From the human T2T-CHM13v2.0 reference genome, Homo sapiens, in the NCBI RefSeq assembly GCF_009914755.1, contig NC_060940.1: a DNA stretch of 64,000 bases, one strand, 5' to 3'. The position numbers and the translations under genes were made by a program. The notes under the pieces are model-generated. The model worked only from the letters and a program-made list of their open reading frames with translations. It had not been told where the DNA came from and ran no database searches. Position 1 is the stretch's first letter; each line of letters begins with the position of its first letter. Positions 60,655-64,000 of the stretch are shown here, in pieces.

Positions 60655-63600
60655 ATTTTAAAAAAATTGATATATAAAAATTATACATGTTTATATGGTA
60701 CATGTGATATTTCGATACATGCATACAATGCGTAATGATCAAGTCAGAGTAGTTAAAATATTCATCACCTCAAGCATTTATCATTTTTTATCTTGGGAAT
60801 ATTTCATATCTTCTCTTACAGCTATTTTTAAATATACTGTATATTGTTATTAATTATAGTCAGTCCATTGTGCTGTTAAACACTTGAACTTATTCATTCT
60901 ATTTAACTGTATGATTGTACTCACTAACCAACCTCTTCTCATTACCTGCACCCCAACCTTTCCCAGGCTCTGGTAACTATCATGTTATTCCATACCTCCA
61001 TTAAATCAACTTTTTAACCTTCCACATATGAGTGAGAATATGTGATGTTTTTCTTGCTTTACTTGGCTTATTTTACTTAAGATAATGACCTCCAGTTTCT
61101 TCCATGTAGCTGCAAATAACAGGATTTCATTATTTTGTATGGCTGAATAGTACCCCATTGCTTATAAATGCTACATTTTCTTTATCTATTCATCCATTGG
61201 TGGACACTAAGGTTAATTCTGTATCTTGGCTTTTGTAAATAGTGCTGCAATAAAGACAGGGGTACAGATACCCCTTTGATATACTGAGTTTAATTCCTTT
61301 GAGTAAGTACCCAGGAGAGGCATTGTTGTATCATATGGTGGTTCTATATTTAGATTTTTGAGGAATCTCCATACTATTTTCCGTAATTGATGTACTAATT
61401 TTCACCAACAATGTATAAGAGTTGCCTTTCTCTGCATCTTCGCCAGCATCTGATATGTTTTATTTTATTGATAATAGCTATTCTAACTGGGGTAAGATGA
61501 TATTTCACTGTGGTTTTGATTTGCATTCCACTTATGATTAGTGATGTTCCGCATTTTTTTGTATACCTGTTGGCCATTTGTATGTCTTTTTTGGAGAAAT
61601 GTCTATTCACATTCTTTATTCACTTTTTAATGGGATTTTTTTTTTTTTTTTGCTGTTGAGTTGTTTGAGTTTCTTGTACATTCTGGTTATTAGCTCCTTG
61701 TTGGATGAACAGTTTACAAATATTTCCTCTTATTCTGCAGGTTATCTCCTCATTCTCAATCATTTCATTTGCTGTGCAGAAGCTTTTTAGTTTAATATAG
61801 CCTTAGTTGTCTATTTTTGTTATTGTTACCTATGTTTTTGAGGTTTTAGTCATAAATTATTTGCCTAAACAAATATATTGAAGCATTTCCCCTGTGTTTT
61901 GTGGTAGTAAGTTTATAGTATTGTGTGTTACATATGGGTCTTTGATCCATATTGAGTTGAGTTTTGTATGGGGTGAGAGCTGGGGGTCTTTCATTATTCT
62001 GCTTATGGATATCTAGTTTTCCCAGTACCTTTTATTGAAGAGACTGTCCTTTCCACAGTGAGCGTTCTTGGTACTTTTATCAAAAATCAGTTAGCTGTAG
62101 ATATGTAAATTAACATCTGGGTTCTCTACTCTGTTCCATTGGTCTGTGTGTTTGTTTTTATGCCAGTATAATACTCTATTGGCTATATAGCTTTATAGTA
62201 TATTTTGAAGTCAGGTAATGTGATGCCTCCAAGTTTACTCATTTTGCTCAGGATTACTTTGGCTATTTTGGGTCTCTGTGGATTCATATAAATTTTAGAA
62301 TTTTTTTGTCTATTTCTGTGAAGAACGCCATTGGTATTTTGATAGGGATGTCACTGAATCTGTAGATTTCTTTGGATAGTGTATTAGTCCGTTTCCACAC
62401 TGCTATATAGAAATACCTGAGACTGGCTGACTTATAAACAAAAGAGGTTTAATTGATTCACAGTTCCTCACAGCTGGGGAGGCCTCAGGAAACTTATAAT
62501 CATAGTGGAAGGGGAAGCAGACACCTTCTTACATGGCAGCAGGAGAGAGAAAGAGTGAAGGAGGAACTGTCAAACACTTATACAATCATGAGATCTTGTG
62601 AGAACTCACTCACTATCACAAGAACAGCATGAGGGAAACTGCCTCCATGATCACATCATCTCCGCTGGGTCCCTCCCTTGACATGTGGGGACTATGGGGA
62701 TTACAACTCAAGGTGAGATTTGGGTGGGGTCACAACAAAATCATGTCAGATATTATGGTCATTCTAACAGTATTAATTGTTTTAATTAAATTAAAATTCA
62801 TTTAATTTAATTGTTTTAATTTAATTAATTGTTTTAATGAGTATGGGATGTCTTTCTATTTTAAGGGGTTCTCTTCAATTTCTTTCATCAGTACCTTTGA
62901 GATTTTCTTCTAGAGGTCTTTCACCTGCTTGGTTAAGTATATTCCTATATATGTTATTATTATTATTTTGGAGCTATTGTAAATAGGATTGCCTCCTTGA
63001 TTCCTTTTTCAGTTAGATTGTCATTGGTGTCTAGAAACACTACTGATTTTTGCATGTTGATTTTGTATCTGCAACTTTACTGAATTTGTTTTAGTTGTTA
63101 AGAGGTTTTTGATGGAGTCTTTAAGTTTTTTGACATATAAGATCACTTTGTCTGCAAAGAGGGATAATTTTGCTTCCTCTTTTCCAATTTGAATGGCTTT
63201 TATTTCTTTCTTTTGCTTGGTTGCTCTAGCTGGTACTTCAGTACTGTTGAATAACATGGGGAAATTGGGCACATTTGTCTTGTTCCAGTTTTTCAAGGAA
63301 AGGCTTTCAGATTTTCCTTATTCAGTATCAGGTTAGCTGTGATTTTGTCATATATGGCCTTTGTTATGTTAGGGTATGTTCCTTTCATGCCTAGTTTTTT
63401 GAGAGTTTTTGTTATAAAGAGATGTTGAATTTTACCCAGTGCTTTTTCTGTGTCCATTGAGATGGTCATATCGTTTTTGTCCTTCATTCTCTTGACGTGA
63501 TGTATTACATTATCGACTTGCTTATGCTGAGCTATTCTTGCACCCCTGAGATAAATCCCACATGATCTGTGTATTATCTTTTCATTGCATTGTTTGATTC

Positions 63601-64000
63601 AGTTTGTTAGTATTTTGTTGGGGATTTCTGCATCTATGTTAACCAGGAATATTGGCCTGTAGTTTTCTTCTTGTTTTTATCTGGTTTTGTTATCAAGGTA
63701 AACCTGGTTTTGTTACTAAGGTAATGCTGACCTCATAGAAAGAGTTAAGAAGGACTCTCTCTTCTTCAATTTTTTGAAATAGTTTGGGAAATGGTATTAT
63801 TTCTTCTTTATCATTTTGGTAGAATTCAGTCATAAACTCATCTGGTTCTGGGCTTTTATTTGTTAGGAGACATTTTATTTGTAAGTCAATCTTCTTATTA
63901 TTGATCTGATCACAGTCTCTCTTTTCCTGGATCAGTTTTGATAGGTTATATGTCCAGGAATTTACCCAGTTCCTCTAGGTTTTACAATGTGTTACCATGT
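60655..64000 (-). mobile_element. L1MA2-4-like LINE-1, 3' end plus decayed ORF2, runs off the window
   Basis: ORF2 remnants ([15 protein letters not shown]; AIQIGKEEAKLSLFAD; [14 protein letters not shown]). Confidence 0.92.
62380..62748 (-). mobile_element. THE1C/D-type MaLR solo LTR nested in L1
   Basis: tgtattagtccgttt..gggaggcctcaggaaactta..gagatttgggtgggg; 5-bp TSD GATAG/GATAT. Confidence 0.9.

Overview
AT-rich, repeat-dense primate genomic DNA, most likely human given a consensus-identical AluY-class element. It looks like a gene desert or large intron. I find no supportable protein-coding gene; the listed ORFs are chance ORFs in Alu, L1, LTR and simple-repeat sequence. Most of the window is Alu (about 22 copies), L1 fragments, solo ERV1/ERVL/MaLR LTRs, MIR/L2, DNA transposons and microsatellites. 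Subfamily names come from recalled consensus sequences and need Dfam confirmation. The most unusual structure is at 41.5-43.7 kb: a GC-rich retrocopy fragment that I recognise as SYNGR2 3'UTR is fused to a 5'-inverted, tail-less L1 inside a MIR, and a 314-bp inverted copy of it (about 92% identical, same end point) is patched into a neighbouring Alu. Also present: a full-length U13/SNORD13 retrocopy, a 114-bp non-tandem duplication, a very young AluYc1-like insertion, a CpG-retaining solo LTR with intact promoter motifs, and several candidate enhancer or promoter motif clusters.
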